Source: Octopus vulgaris
Taxonomy: Eukaryota
Assembly (NCBI GenBank): GCA_951406725.2
Contig: OX597818.1
Location: 99,882,001 to 99,946,000 of the forward strand
Reading direction: 5' to 3'
DNA: 64,000 nt
This document shows positions 27,424-41,269 of this stretch, in pieces. The position numbers and the translations under genes were made by a program. Each line of letters opens with the position of its first letter. Within the stretch, counting starts at the first letter, position 1. The notes beneath the pieces are model-generated. The model had not been told where the DNA came from, made no database searches, and saw only the letters and a program-made list of their open reading frames with translations.

Positions 27424-27610
27424 TGATAGATCGTTAGCCACTACACGCATTTTTTTCTCTCCTTGTTTCTCTCCTTGTTGTTTCCCTTTCTGTAGAAGAG
27501 CGTGGGCTCGAAACGTAAAATACTTTTTCTATTCCTGAGCGTTATACTAATACATCTGCTTGTTTTGTACACCACCTGTCTTCGTCTTTTGTTTTGTCGT
27601 AAACTCACCC

Positions 27611-27613
<3 letters not shown>
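27424..27613 (+). mobile_element. Short PLE-like repeat (family P1) with variant minimal hammerhead motif
   Basis: cttt-CTGTAGA-A-GAGC-gtgg-GCTC-GAAACGTA-aaa at 27486-27520; flanked by TA arrays. Confidence 0.75.
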
Positions 27614-27644
<31 letters not shown>

Positions 27645-27841
27645 AACACACACACAAATGCACACGCACACACACATATACATAGTGGCATTTCATCAAT
27701 CTACACTTTCCGTTTCCAAGCCCCATTTCCCGTTAATCCTTTTGAGGGCGATCAAATAAATAGTAGTTGAGAACTGAGGTCTTTTTAATCGACCTACTCC
27801 TCTCCTGAAATCGTTGGCTTTGTGCCAAAATTTGAAACTGC

Positions 27842-27902
<61 letters not shown>

Positions 27903-27903
27903 T

Positions 27904-27955
<52 letters not shown>

Positions 27956-27969
27956 TAATAATAATAATA
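27842..27969. repeat. Back-to-back (ATT)n(AAT)n microsatellite
   Basis: Directly visible; self-complementary arrangement. Confidence 0.95.
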
Positions 27970-28709
27970 GTTGTTCCAAGTGCAGTCTTCTTGCGCCTAC
28001 AGAGTATCTCAACAGACATGATAGAGCTGTACAATATATTCACTGGGTAATTTAAAAAAGCCTGGACTTGCCACATGATAAAAACTGGTGGGTACACAAA
28101 CCACCTCCAGTGCTTGAAAATGACCACATCCCACTCCTCTGGAACTTCACCATTCAAACTGACAGAAAGATAGATGCGAATAGGCCAGACATCATATTGA
28201 AAGACTTCACACAAAAAACATGCCTCCTCATTGATATGACTATCCCAATCGATATAAACGTATCTGTCAAGACCTACCAGAAACTGAGCAAATATAAAGA
28301 TCTTGAAATAGAAATCAGCAAAATGTGGAAACTGAAGACTAAAACAACACCTGTTGTCATAGGTGCCCTGGGAATGATAGCAAAAGGGGCTGATTGCTAC
28401 TCAACTCAGATACCAGGAAACCAAAAAAATGGCAGAAATTTAAAAGATAGTGCTCATGGGAACTGCTCATATCCTACGCAAAATACTTTCTATGTAATCT
28501 CAAGTTTTAAATCAAACATAATTTTCGTATGTTTTTTTTAGACGTTCACTTGTACAACACTAAGAACAAAACCAAATATATGGCACACTAGGCATAACAC
28601 CAACAAAAACTTCCAGCTTGTTGTCTGTTGAGGTCTCTAGGTGAGACTTGGAGCCAGCTTGTGCAAATGTAAAGCAAAAGTCAAACATAGAATAACAATA
28701 ATAATAATA
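27970..28709 (+). pseudogene. 5'-truncated R4/Dong-like non-LTR retrotransposon: restriction-like endonuclease domain + 3' UTR
   Basis: Translation ...C..LAPTEYLNRHDRAVQYIHW...WNFTIQTDRKIDANRPDIILKD...CLLIDMTIP...KLSKYKDL...PVVIGALG...KIVLMGTAHILRKILSM* shows the RHD, PD..D and K..KY RLE motifs. Stop at 28053, frameshift ~28420, terminal TAA at 28497; ends in an AAT tail. Confidence 0.9.
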
Positions 28710-28717
28710 GAGTAATA

Positions 28718-29143
28718 GAAGATAGAAAGCCTGATTTGGTAGTAGATAGAGTAGTAAAAGCCAGATAATTGACTTCACAGTCCCAAACAATGAAACAATT
28801 AATTTGAGAAGTTGAGTAAAAATAGAAACGTACCAAGATCTGCTATTGAATTAGAGAGACTATGAAACGTACGGGTAAAATGTATCCCAGTAGTTACAGG
28901 TGTATTGGAAACTATCCTTAAAAATCTGAAGTGATGGATAGAGGAAATACGCATCAAACCCAGTTTAATACAGCTGCAGAAAAAAACAATGTTATTTGGG
29001 ACTGCTAGGATACTTAGGAGGGTTCTTGGCATCTAGGGTTACTTGCTGTAACCAAATAGGAGGGTTCTTTGCATCTGAGGCTACTTTTTGTAGCCTGAAG
29101 TTAGGATTCTTTTTTTCCAGTATTCTAATCTTTTAAGTGTATA

Positions 29144-29145
<2 letters not shown>
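28718..29145 (+). pseudogene. Second, more decayed R4/Dong-like RLE fragment (different family)
   Basis: Pieces read DRKPDLVV...IIDFTVP...KIETYQDL...IPVVTGVL...LQKK...GTARILRRVLGI*, with several stops and frameshifts; followed by (AAT)n at 29146-29232. Confidence 0.8.
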
Positions 29146-29216
<71 letters not shown>

Positions 29217-29673
29217 TAATAATAATAATAATATTACTAAAATCTACAACAATATCATACTTATGAGTAATATTTCCTTAAATCTATTGATCTGTTACAT
29301 AATATAACTGCAGCAGTCTATACTAAAAACAGTCAGTGAAACTTCAAAAAGGAATTTCTGTAAACCGAAAGAAAATACAAGCTCATAAACATGTCGGAAT
29401 TGAATTATTGGTATATTATTGCTGTCATCACACAGCTCCGCAAATAGAAGTCAAGATGGTGGCCAAAATAAATTATAAGTAACGATGCGTATGTGGAAGG
29501 TAATATATAAGATCATAGTTAAAATTTTTGTTGTTATTCAGACGCTGTGTCATTAGTCTAAAAACAAAAAAAGTAATGAATATATATATGTGTGCATGGA
29601 CGTGAGTACATGCCTATATACTTATATATATATATATATACACACACACATATACATAGATATACACACAGGC

Positions 29674-29736
<63 letters not shown>

Positions 29737-29780
29737 AACATAACCTTTATACATATGTACTTAATATACATTCTCACCTA

Positions 29781-29876
29781 AACCCCACCACATATATTAG
29801 TATACATATATGAACCCCACCACATATATTAGTATACATATATGAACCCCACCACATGTATTAGTATACATATATG
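29781..29876. repeat. 3 x 32-bp tandem repeat
   Basis: Unit aaccccaccacatatattagtatacatatatg. Confidence 0.9.
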
Positions 29877-29883
29877 TATTTAT

Positions 29884-30144
29884 GTGGAGGCGTGTGGCTT
29901 AGTGGTTAGGGTGTCAGCACCATGATGGTAAGATTGTGGTTTCGATTCCTGGACCGGGCGACGCGTTGTGTACTTGAGCAAAACACTTAATTTCACGTTG
30001 CTCTAGTCCACTCAGCTGGCAAAAGGAGCAACGTTGCGATAGAGTAGCGTCCCCTCCAGCTGGGGAACACATACGCCATAGAAACCGAGAAACCGGGTCC
30101 ATGAGTGTGGATAGGCTTTAAAAGGGCCCATTTCTTATTCTTTC
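29884..30144 (+). mobile_element. Full-length SINE family C (H1+T1) with 13-bp TSD
   Basis: A box TGGCTTAGTGG, B box GTTTCGATTCC; TSD tatatgtatttat at 29871-29883 and 30145-30157. Confidence 0.9.
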
Positions 30145-30889
30145 TATATGTATTTATACATTTCTTTCTGTCTATATGCGTATGCAAATGATTTGCAGTG
30201 TCTTCGTTCGAAGTCTTTGTGGTACCTATATTTTCGATGGGTAGATGTATATTATCGTGCTGCGAAATATTTTCAATTTATCAAATTGGAACGAAGGATT
30301 TTCAATACTTTTGGCTTACGTGGAAATCAAGGAATATTTAAAGCTAAGGATGTTTGCATACTGAAGTAATCCGCTTAAGACCTTTTTGTTTGAATCGTTG
30401 CACTTTTCTTTTCGGATATAAGTAAAATTTTGCCCTTACACAGCTTGCAAAACGAAAAAATGGCATAAAAATGTTTCACCAGACGAATGTTTTTGACAAA
30501 GAAAATTGAAAAACAAAAACTAATTTGCTGATATACAAGAAAGAGAAAAGAATTGACAAGGAGCCAAAAATCCACAATATTTGTAAAATCATGAACACAA
30601 ACGATTTACCGAGACAAAAACACTAACACTTCATCTGTTAACGGTGGGAGAGGAATGAAAAAATTAAGCATAATTTACCTATCAGCTAGAAGGGTAGGTG
30701 CCACAGGAGTCTGGTGTGGTGAACAAAGGTGCTATGCTCACTGAAACCGTGAGTCAGGACGGGAACATAAAGTCTTATACACAATAAACACAAATATATA
30801 AATCCATCATGAAAGAGACTGGTATATATGGGTATTGTACCAAAAATTACAGCGCATTATTTAAAGTGACAAGGGTCAAGGTGAAAATA

Positions 30890-31260
30890 TTCTCTTCTAC
30901 TCTAGGCACAAGGCCCGAAATTTTTGAAGAGGGTAGAAGTCGATTAGATCGACCCCAGTTCGCAACTGGTGCTTAATAATTTATCGACACCGAAATGATG
31001 AAAGGAAAAGTCCACCTAGGCGGAATTTGAACTCAGGACGTAAAGACAGACAAAATACCTATCTCTTTATTACCCACAAGGGACAAACAAGTACAGACAA
31101 AGGTATTAAGTCGATTATATCGACCCCAGTGCGGAACTGGTACTTAATTTATCGACCCCGAAAGGATGAAAGGCAAAGTCGACCTCGGCGGATTTTGAAC
31201 TCAGAACGTTCAGCTATGCATTTCGCCCGGCGTGCTAACGTTTCTACCAGCTCGCCGCCT
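30890..31260 (-). mobile_element. Dimeric/nested SINE family B
   Basis: Two central cores (30940-31040 and 31105-31205) with two different tails and one head ending at 31259. Confidence 0.85.
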
Positions 31261-31637
31261 TTCAAGGTAGAAAATATTGCGAATGCGTTGAAGCTTGGTT
31301 AGTCGTCATCAATCTCTTCGAAGAGTAATGGTTAAGTAGTGAGTAATATTATCATGATATATGACAGGTGATAACCTCGAATATCAAAAGGAAGCAATTT
31401 CTACTGGAACCTAAAACCACAAACCGTAGGAAGATGTTTGATGCAGAAGAGAAAACCATGTGGTTGGGAGACCTTTTGCTAAACACGTGGCAGAACAGAC
31501 CTCTTGAGTCTTGTCTTCCCACTGCCGCAGGAGAAACAGCACGAAAGAAAACAGTATAAAGATTTCGAATTGCGCGATCAAAAACAGGGTATACAACATT
31601 TAGTTAGTACATTATCGTTTCCTTATATTTGATAATC

Positions 31638-31638
<1 letters not shown>

Positions 31639-31668
<30 letters not shown>

Positions 31669-31792
31669 CTTCTTCTTCTTCTTCTTCTTCTTCTTCTATC
31701 GGTCTCTTTTGCCGAACCGTAAAATTACGGGGACGTAAACACACCAGCATCGGTTGTCAAGCGATGCTGCGACGACAAATATAGATACGCAA

Positions 31793-31847
<55 letters not shown>

Positions 31848-31912
31848 CATATATACGGCGGGCTTCTTTCAGTTTCCGTCTACCAAATCCCCTCACAAGG
31901 ATTTGGTCGGCC
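31639..31912 (-). mobile_element. (TTC)n array followed by internal fragment of SINE family A
   Basis: TTC at 31639-31695; 31696-31912 matches 25897-26245. Confidence 0.85.
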
Positions 31913-34099
31913 CTTTAACTGTTTCTTAAAGACAATTTCAAAAGCGAAGATAGCAATAATAGCCACTTGAAATCGGCCTCTAAATCTAAATTTCATCTAC
32001 AAGCCAATGGGGAAATATGGGCATGGCCATTGTTGAGAATTATTGCATGAAACCAATAGTATCCTTTTTAATCTTCAAATAAATTTTATACATACATGTA
32101 TGTATGTATGATAGTATGTATGTATGTATGTATGTATGTATGTATGTATGTATGTATGTATGTATGTATGTATGTATGGTTGCATCTATGTATGGACGGA
32201 TGGACATGCGTATGTGTAGGTGAGTGTGTATGTGTGTGTATGCATGGATTACTACGAATAGCTGCATGAGGTTGTTTGAAGTCGCATGCAAAAGGTTAGA
32301 TCAGTAAATAGGTTCAATGGCGGTCAACTCAAATATTCGCTAATAGTAGGAGGGAGGGCAATGGTAAGAAATCGCCGGCATCAAACTAATACATTGATAT
32401 TAAGTGTGTGCATTAAAATGTCGTGGTCGTGGGAGGAATTTAATAATAGCACGGGAACAGTGATAGAAAAAAGTGCTAATATAAGACAAGGAGGAAGTAG
32501 TTGAAAAAGTTTGAGAAAAACTGGTCTAATTGAATCAGAATTGATATGAGGCAGCATCATCATGATCAGGATCATCATCATCATCGCTACCAACAAGAGC
32601 AACAAGATTAGCATCAAAGAAAGGAATAACAGTGGAATGGAGCATAGCACTCATTTCAATTGTTGCGATTGATGTAAAATCAAATTAGGTAATATATAAT
32701 GTATTATATTAGAATAATAGGCAATGTATGAAGGTGTAAGCCTCACGTAAGGAAAGTGGAGTGAAAAAGTCAAGTTAAAGACGTGGTGTTGGAATAGAGC
32801 ACGTTAGAAAAATTAACTGTGACATGTATGGAATATGATTAAAAGGAAAAATGACGTGGATGTTGAGAATGACGGAATAACCTGCCATCCTTCAGATAAG
32901 CACGATAATGAACATAGTGGTTATGTTTTTTTTTTATAGATTTTAATGGTGAATATAACGCTGAGTAAGAATGAATGAGAGTGGGAGAAAGTAAAAGAAT
33001 TATAGATGGATAAAGAAAGGGAGAGGTGGGGAGAGAGGGTGAGAGAGACAGAGAGATAGGCAAATAATGGTAGATAGAATATAGGGGAGATAGAAGAGAA
33101 TGGGAGAAAAGCATATGGGGAGAACGGGAGAGGAAGAGGGCTTCGGAATTCAGGGAAAGATGTTGAAGCTTTGTAAAGAAAGTAGAAGTGAATGTCCTGA
33201 AGAGATGATAAACCATAAAGAGAAATAGAACAAAAGGGAGAATAAGAAAGATAAATAGAGAGATGAATGGGAGAAGAGAGAAAGAAAGATAACGTAAGAA
33301 TAAGAGCGAGCGAGAGACAGAGAGAGAGAAAGAGAACTGAAAGAAGAGAAAGAAGCTGAAGAGAGAAAGGGATTACGAGATATAAAGTCAAAGATGAAGT
33401 AAGGTCCTTGAGCGAAATATTCAATAATACATTTCCCATAAGAGGGCACATTTCTCGCTCTATTCAAAAAGTAATTAACGAATCAATTAAATCAAACGCC
33501 TGCGCTCTCTTTCATTCTAATCCTTTCATTCATTCATTCATTCATTCATTCATTCATTCATTCATTTCATTTTGTCTTTAATGCATTCTATATTTCTCTT
33601 TCTCTATTCCTATCTTCACTTCATTCCTATATTCTCTGACCCTCTCACATCCTAATTCTGTCTCCATTTCTTTTATCTGCATGGATCTCTTTCTTCTATA
33701 CACAGTTTCTCCCTCCACAACATGCATTCACGCACATACACATAAACATACACACACAGTGACATAGAAGCATACACTCAACCGTACACAAACATCCAAT
33801 TTTTCTCATACACGCTTGCTATAAAGCCTTTCACATTCTTCCCATACGCCATTTCACACAAACAATCTCACCCTTTCTGAGTCCTTCAGCATTTCTCTTT
33901 TGTCTTGCCTTAAATTTGTTTTCACATTTCATAACATTTTAATGCCTTTACAAACGTATTTCTCTATCAGTCTCTGATACCCTCCATCTCTTTTCTCTCG
34001 TATCTTACTTTCTTTGTCAGTCTCCCTTTCTCGCTGTGTATCAGTTTATTTCTCCATTGCACTTTTCACATCTCTCTCTCGCTCTCCCATCTTTCTTTC

Positions 34100-34125
34100 T
34101 TCCTTTCGTTCTTTCTTTCTTTCGT

Positions 34126-34177
<52 letters not shown>

Positions 34178-34186
34178 TCATTGTAC

Positions 34187-34246
<60 letters not shown>

Positions 34247-34600
34247 ATGTCTGTCTGTCTATCTATCTATCTATATACCTATATGTATGCATAAGCACAC
34301 ATACATATATATATATATATATACGTATATACGTATATATGTATATGTGTTTGTGTATGTTTATGTATATCTATAGGTATATATATATATATATATATAT
34401 ACATATATATATACCTATATATATATATACATATATATATACATACACATACACAAACACAAACACACACATATATATATATACCCAATGCCTCACTCTC
34501 TCTCTCTCTCTCTCTCTGTATCATTCTCTGCCTGTATCCCTCTCTGCCAGTCTCTCTGTCTTCCTCTTTCTCCCTACTTTCTCTCTCTCTCTCTCTCACT
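34100..34600. repeat. Compound (TTTC)n/(TATC)n/(TA)n/(CT)n array
   Basis: Directly visible. Confidence 0.9.
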
Positions 34601-35039
34601 TTCCCACTAGCCATATTATGAAAGTATCACTTTAATTCTTATATTGATATATATTTCCAACACATAAATTTCACCTCACATATATTTTCATATTAACCAC
34701 CACCACCGCCTCCACGACCACCACCACCACCATCACCACCACCACCACCGTCATCATCAACCACATGTTTTCTCCTTTGCGCTCTTTTTCATCCCCCCTT
34801 CTTATCGCTTTATCTCTCCGATTCTTATCTCACACGTTATTTTTCTCCCTTTGCTCTCTTTGTCCACAATGCTCCGCCACTCCGTGCCAGCCTACCCATG
34901 AAAATATCATTACAGAGTCTCTCTCCATACACAGCTTAAAAGGAATTGTAAAGGTTTATTGAATTTATCTCCATATTAAGTAACACAACAAAGCCAAAAC
35001 AAAGTAATTTGTAAAGCATCTAAAGCCACTTCTGGCATG

Positions 35040-35130
35040 AACAGCGACGGCGACGACTACGACGACGACGACGACAACGATAATAACGTTAATAACAACA
35101 GTAAGGAAAGCTGGAGAAGCTAATAATAAA

Positions 35131-35199
<69 letters not shown>

Positions 35200-35235
35200 G
35201 TGCTGCTGCTGCTGCTGTTACTACTCGTCGCCAGA

Positions 35236-35297
<62 letters not shown>

Positions 35298-35315
35298 CAC
35301 CACCACCACCACCAT

Positions 35316-35350
<35 letters not shown>

Positions 35351-35488
35351 TAATAATAATAATAATACTAATACTAATACTAGTGCTACTGCTGCTACAA
35401 CCGCCACCACCAGAACGACGACGATGACGACAACGACGACGACTACCACCACCAACACCATCAAGAACAATACCACCACCACCACCAT

Positions 35489-35554
<66 letters not shown>

Positions 35555-35700
35555 TACCACCACATTTGGAAATAATAACGTATAATAGTAATAAAATGCA
35601 ATAATGATAATGCTGATGGTGGTAGTGGTGGTGGTGGTGGTAGTAGTGGCAGTGGTGTTGCAGCTGATGATGATGATAACGGTGATGATGATAAGAGTAA
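35040..35700. repeat. Mosaic trinucleotide array (ACT/ACG/ACC/AAT/GCT/GGT)
   Basis: Directly visible; produces the poly-T and poly-V ORFs. Confidence 0.9.
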
Positions 35701-38700
35701 CAACAAAAGGAGAAATGAAAGTGAAAGACGAAGCAAAGGAAAAAGATGAAAAGAAGTAGTGCAAAGCATTAATGACAGCAACTTAGAAGTTTGTACATAG
35801 AAGTTTCTACATAATTTTTAGTCACATAAGCTCAACGTACACGAGGAGTAACTAAAAAAGAACATTATGAATAAGGATAAAGAATTATGACAAAAAATAT
35901 CGATAAGAAGAATAACAATGAACAAATAAATAAATAAGAATATGATTATAATAATGAAAAATAACCATAGCTAAAAATATTAATAGTATAACATGTAAAT
36001 ATAAATGTAACGCTATAAATTGTTATGAAAAATGGAGTGAGGAGTTGGACGTCTGAAATATGAACATTCAATATAGCCTTTAGGGTAAACAGCAGCAACA
36101 GCTGCAGAAACAGCAGTAGAAACAACAAGTGCAGCAGCGGCAGCAGCAACGGCAGCGGCAACTAGAGCAGCAGCCACATGTGCAGTCGGAACAATAATTG
36201 CATCAGCGCGGTATTGACATCAGTATGAACATGAGAACAGCGCAGTCAACAAATTTCAAGTAACACAACACCATCAGAACAGTGAAAAAGAAAAAAACAA
36301 AAACAAAAACAAAAACAGCAACAGTAAGATCAAGAACAACTATAACAACAACAACAACCACAACTACAACAATCACCACAAGCAAGCCGACAAGAAGAAA
36401 CTGAATGAGCAATGAATGTAAACGATGGACAGAAACAATAACTGTGTGGAGCAACAACAACAACAACAACAACAACAACGACAACAGCGTTTAAAATACG
36501 ATAGGTTTTCAGCAACCAGTAACAAAGCAACAGAGGAACCGTTGCGGCAAGATTTCACATTTAAAATAAAAACAAAGATATATAAAAAAAAAAAAAATGG
36601 TGGGAAGTAGTGGAAGAAGGAAGAAGAAATCGATATTTATCAACCCATTTAATTCTTGTTTGCTTTGAACGCATGAAAAATAGTGTGGGGTAGTGAAGAT
36701 TGAAGGGCAATTGTTTCTTAAATACTTCCAGGACACTTTGATACATTAAAGAGTTAGGTTTTTTTTCAATAGAAAATCTTTAAACTACAGCAGTAAAATT
36801 TTCCATTTTTTTCTCAACTCACACACCCTCTCGAAATATATGAAAAAGTAACAAAAACTAACAACTAAATTTACAAAACATTAGAAAGCAAAACATCAAT
36901 AGCCTACTTCTCAGTTCGTTATATTTAGAAACATGGAGGTACATTCGGATCTGTTTAAATATTCTGAGAGCTGCAAATGGCAAGGCTGATGGGTGTGGAA
37001 TTGGCAAACCAAATGATTCATTCACAGTTTATATTACGTCACCGTCATAATGAGGTATCCATGGTTACCAACTTCAAAGGGGCATGTTTTACTCGGTTGT
37101 AAATAGCTAACATGGTACGACTCCCTATTATAAACAGTCGGTTACTTGCAAATCTGACGGATATTACATTAGCTTGTTTTTATGTATTGAAGCGCTAACC
37201 CAACTGCTGATGGAAAGGATTGTAATCCCCGCCAAGTTGACTTCTCCTAGATACATTAGTCTTCGGTTGACTCCCTTTAGACCCAATGGTTTATGATACT
37301 CATTATCTTTTCCAATGAATTGTGTGTTGCTGGAAGGGAATTCAATTTTCTACAAATAACGCGCTGAAGTTAATCATACAATTTTACAGACTCTGATAAT
37401 ATAACGTCAAATGATTTTTTTCTCTCTCATCTCTAATTCCATTCTCGTCTTTCTCTCCCTCTTTGGTTATTAAAGGCGCGCTGAATTTTTTGCAGGTAAA
37501 TGGAGCGATATGAAATTTTATGTGCGCTTTTGAAAGGAAATTAAAGCAACAGTGGTCTTGTGATATTTCTAGATCTATGCGAGGAAGGGATATTTCCAGT
37601 GGAAAATGCCTGACAGAGATTAAGGATGTGAATGCATTGGAATTGATTAAGAGACTCGTAAATTCTTCTATTTGGTATGATCTATGACTATAAAAAGTCA
37701 CAAAGCAATATTTCAAGGTTGTCATACTTCAGTGTTTTAGCACTATTTCAACAGTAGAGCAGATTCAAAGAAATAACAGTACATTACAAAAGAGAAGCGA
37801 ATTTAATTTCTAATCACTCTGGTAATAGTATATATATCCACAAAAATAAAGAATAATATTTTAGTTAAAGGCTCGCCACAGTTGCCATGGGATCGAACCC
37901 GCGCCCATGTGATCGCGAAGCGAACTTCTTAACAACAGAACCTAGCCTGTATTCATAATTATGTCATTAATAAAACAATGCCGTGGGAAGTGCTGTAAGT
38001 TCCAGCAGTATCAAAATGCTATAAATGAGTAATTTAAGTCTAATCATAAAAATCAATATGCAATTACTTAAGAGTAGAATTATTCTACGAGTATCATCCC
38101 TGTAGCTACTCATTATTTGATTCAGTACTCTCGCCTCAGATTTGGTAACGTAATAGGTCTCTTGCTAATGTAGGGAGATAATACAAGGAAATTAGATTAT
38201 GCGACTTCCGTGATTATTTTAAAGAAAACTAGCGATAAAATGAAGTTGAAGGAATAAAACTAGGCCTGGAAATTGGGTTTTGGAATTAGCTTCTAAGATA
38301 ACTGTACTCTAAAGAGATTGCTTATCGATTTCATTGCCAAGCTCAAAGCTAGAAATTTATAGGAATTTGATAATGTACGAATTATACTAAAGCTTCTCTT
38401 TTCTATGCACAGCCTCCTCCATAATGGTAAAAACATGTGCACAAACTCTAAGGAGACTCATTCGCAAACAAGAGTTTCCTAGCTCGATTCTATTGCACGG
38501 CAATTTTGGTCAGCTTCCTTCAAAAGAGCCTAAAATCAACTCAAATCTTTTGAGTTAAATTGAGTCTGTGAAAATTCCTAGGAATGAATGCTATAATTGT
38601 TGGTTGGTTGACTTTATGAATTGCCCGAGTTGACACGAACGAACCTTCGGTGATGCGATGATTTGAACAGAAGCCGTTCGTAGCAAACTTACAGAACTCA

Positions 38701-39791
38701 TTTTCAATTTCATAGCAATTCATGAATTGTTATTATCTGTTCTCTTTACTTTGGGATCTTTCGAAAAGTCCATGGGGCACTTTTCCAGTAGATGAATAAC
38801 ATCTTTACAAAACATAATGAAGGGAAAATAAAATGCGTGGCTGCATACAAAAAAAAAAGCTAAAATAAATTTGTCAACATGGTAGTAAGATATAAAATGT
38901 CTTCAAATTTGTTCTCCTTTCACACACTTTACATAATTTTTATAATCTACCACACTGTCAGTGCGTGTCGGTCAACTATAATCAATCTGTGGCAATAATT
39001 GTAAAGAGGGAAGTTTATATTTTCTAATACCACGACACGATGAAATGACATTTGCTGCTAAATTAACTGAGTTCCAAAGTGGTCAAGATTATTTCTCCTT
39101 AATCACGTTTTCATTCGTCAAATACGAGTAAGTGTCTATGAAAGAAGTTTTTGTAGCTGCTGTCGTTGTTATGGTTAAAGGTGTTTATGGTTATGTTTAG
39201 TGATGGTTCAAGTGAACGGTCGTCACTGTTTCCAAGTGACACAATTCGTGTTGTCGAGACTGAAGTTCTTGTTGCAGCTATTAAAAGCTGTAATAATGTT
39301 TATCGTTTTTATTAATATATTTCCCTTAGTAATGGCTGATTTTATTGCTTTTATTTTTGTCGCTTGTGGCATTACTAACAGTAGTAAGGACTCCGATATT
39401 AGATGTATGATGAAAATTGTTATTTTTACGATGGCAATGAACAGGAGCGATTATATTTTTGTTATTAATAATGCTATTACTGTTTAGAAACCATTATTAC
39501 ATGTGCTATTGTGTTGTAGTTAGAGCTAATGGCACTGGTGCCTAGTATCGTTATGATGTTGATATTTGGTGTTATTGGTGTTATTACTTTTTTACTATAA
39601 ATAATAGCTGTCATGGTTGTGCTGTTGTTGTCGAGTTGATGAAAATGAAGATATTTGTGGCGGAGGATTACTGTAGTGGAGAGTAGTTGTGGAAAGTCAA
39701 TCAATCTGATATTTATCAAGACGCCATAATGTGAGTAGAAGAATGGAGAAAGATGGATTTGACATTGTGGAAGCAAAAGCTGGGACAGCAC

Positions 39792-39842
<51 letters not shown>

Positions 39843-40625
39843 AACGCACACACACACAAGACTCATTATCTCACACAGGCACAAATCATGAATACACGCA
39901 GATACACACACGTGCATACGGACACACTATTCGTATAAGAATAAATATGGTTATACGAATATAGAAATATTACACTATATATATAGACATATATATATAC
40001 ATATATATATATATAGAGAGAGAGAGAGACATATATATATATGTATATATATATATGTATATATATATTTATGAATGTGTGCGTATATATATGCATATAT
40101 ATACACATCCCTATATACGTAATATATTTGAGTGTGTCTGTGTGTTTGGACATGTTTGGGCGTACAGATGCAGCTGTGTATGTATATGCCGTTGATATAT
40201 GTATGTGTTTATGATGTGCCAGTTATTATTTCCAATCACAATGCCATATCCATCTTTTAGAATACTTCTATTGACATTATGACGTCTTGATAAATTTCAG
40301 ATTGATCGTCTCTCCATAAATACATTCAAATTGAAAATCACTGCGCGATTCTTCGCCACAAACATCGTCACCGTCATCGCCACAGAAACAACACAGTCAT
40401 AGCAAATACATATCGCAGTAACACAATAACATAAAAGGCACAAAGGATTTTCGGCTTCACAACTGTCATAACTGTTCCAGCTAACACTAGCATTGACTAT
40501 AACAACATCATTATGCTTCAAACACAAAAACACTCACACACACACTCGAACATGCAAACACTCACATACATACACGCGGACGCACAAATATGTAAATAAG
40601 TATGCCTATATGAACATTCTGTCTG

Positions 40626-40692
<67 letters not shown>

Positions 40693-40707
40693 CTCTCTCT
40701 CTCTTTC

Positions 40708-40779
<72 letters not shown>

Positions 40780-40950
40780 CAATCTGCTCCTTTCTCTATC
40801 TGTTTTGTCTGTGTATTTCTTTCTGTTGAAGAGCGTAGGCTCGAAACATCAAAGACTTCTTTCGTTCTCCTCAGTGTCAAACTGATATACCCTGCTTACT
40901 CTTCTCTCCTCTGCGTCTGTCTTCCGTTTGTTATATAAGTTTTACCAGTA
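40780..40950 (+). mobile_element. Diverged family P1 copy with variant hammerhead motif
   Basis: tcttt-CTGTTGA-A-GAGC-gtag-GCTC-GAAACATC-aaaga at 40818-40855. Confidence 0.65.
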
Positions 40951-40966
40951 TAAATAATTATATATA

Positions 40967-41004
<38 letters not shown>

Positions 41005-41085
41005 AATAATAAATATTAGGGAATGAATCCAAAATTACAGGGAAAAATCAGATTTAGGGTTAAATCCAATTTTATAGTAAAATAT

Positions 41086-41214
41086 TATATAATATAATTC
41101 GAGACAAAACCACTATTTTAAAACCAAACAAGGAAAGACTTAATCAATACATAAAATTTTAATATAAATTGTTTGGTTTTAAAATAGTGGTTTTGTCTCG
41201 AATTATATTATATA
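41086..41214. repeat. Perfect 46-bp inverted repeat with 37-nt spacer
   Basis: 41086-41131 is the exact reverse complement of 41169-41214. Confidence 0.95.
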
Positions 41215-41269
41215 TATATGTATATATATTTTATTATTATTATTCTTACTATTATCATTATTATTATTA

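Noticed and set aside
29781-29876. Short tandem repeats (also 60036-60102) as CRISPR-like arrays
   Set aside because: Contiguous units with no spacers, eukaryotic context, no cas genes.
29884-29955. tRNA genes at SINE heads
   Set aside because: A/B boxes are present, but each continues into a SINE body with tail and TSD; no complete cloverleaf or terminator is evident.
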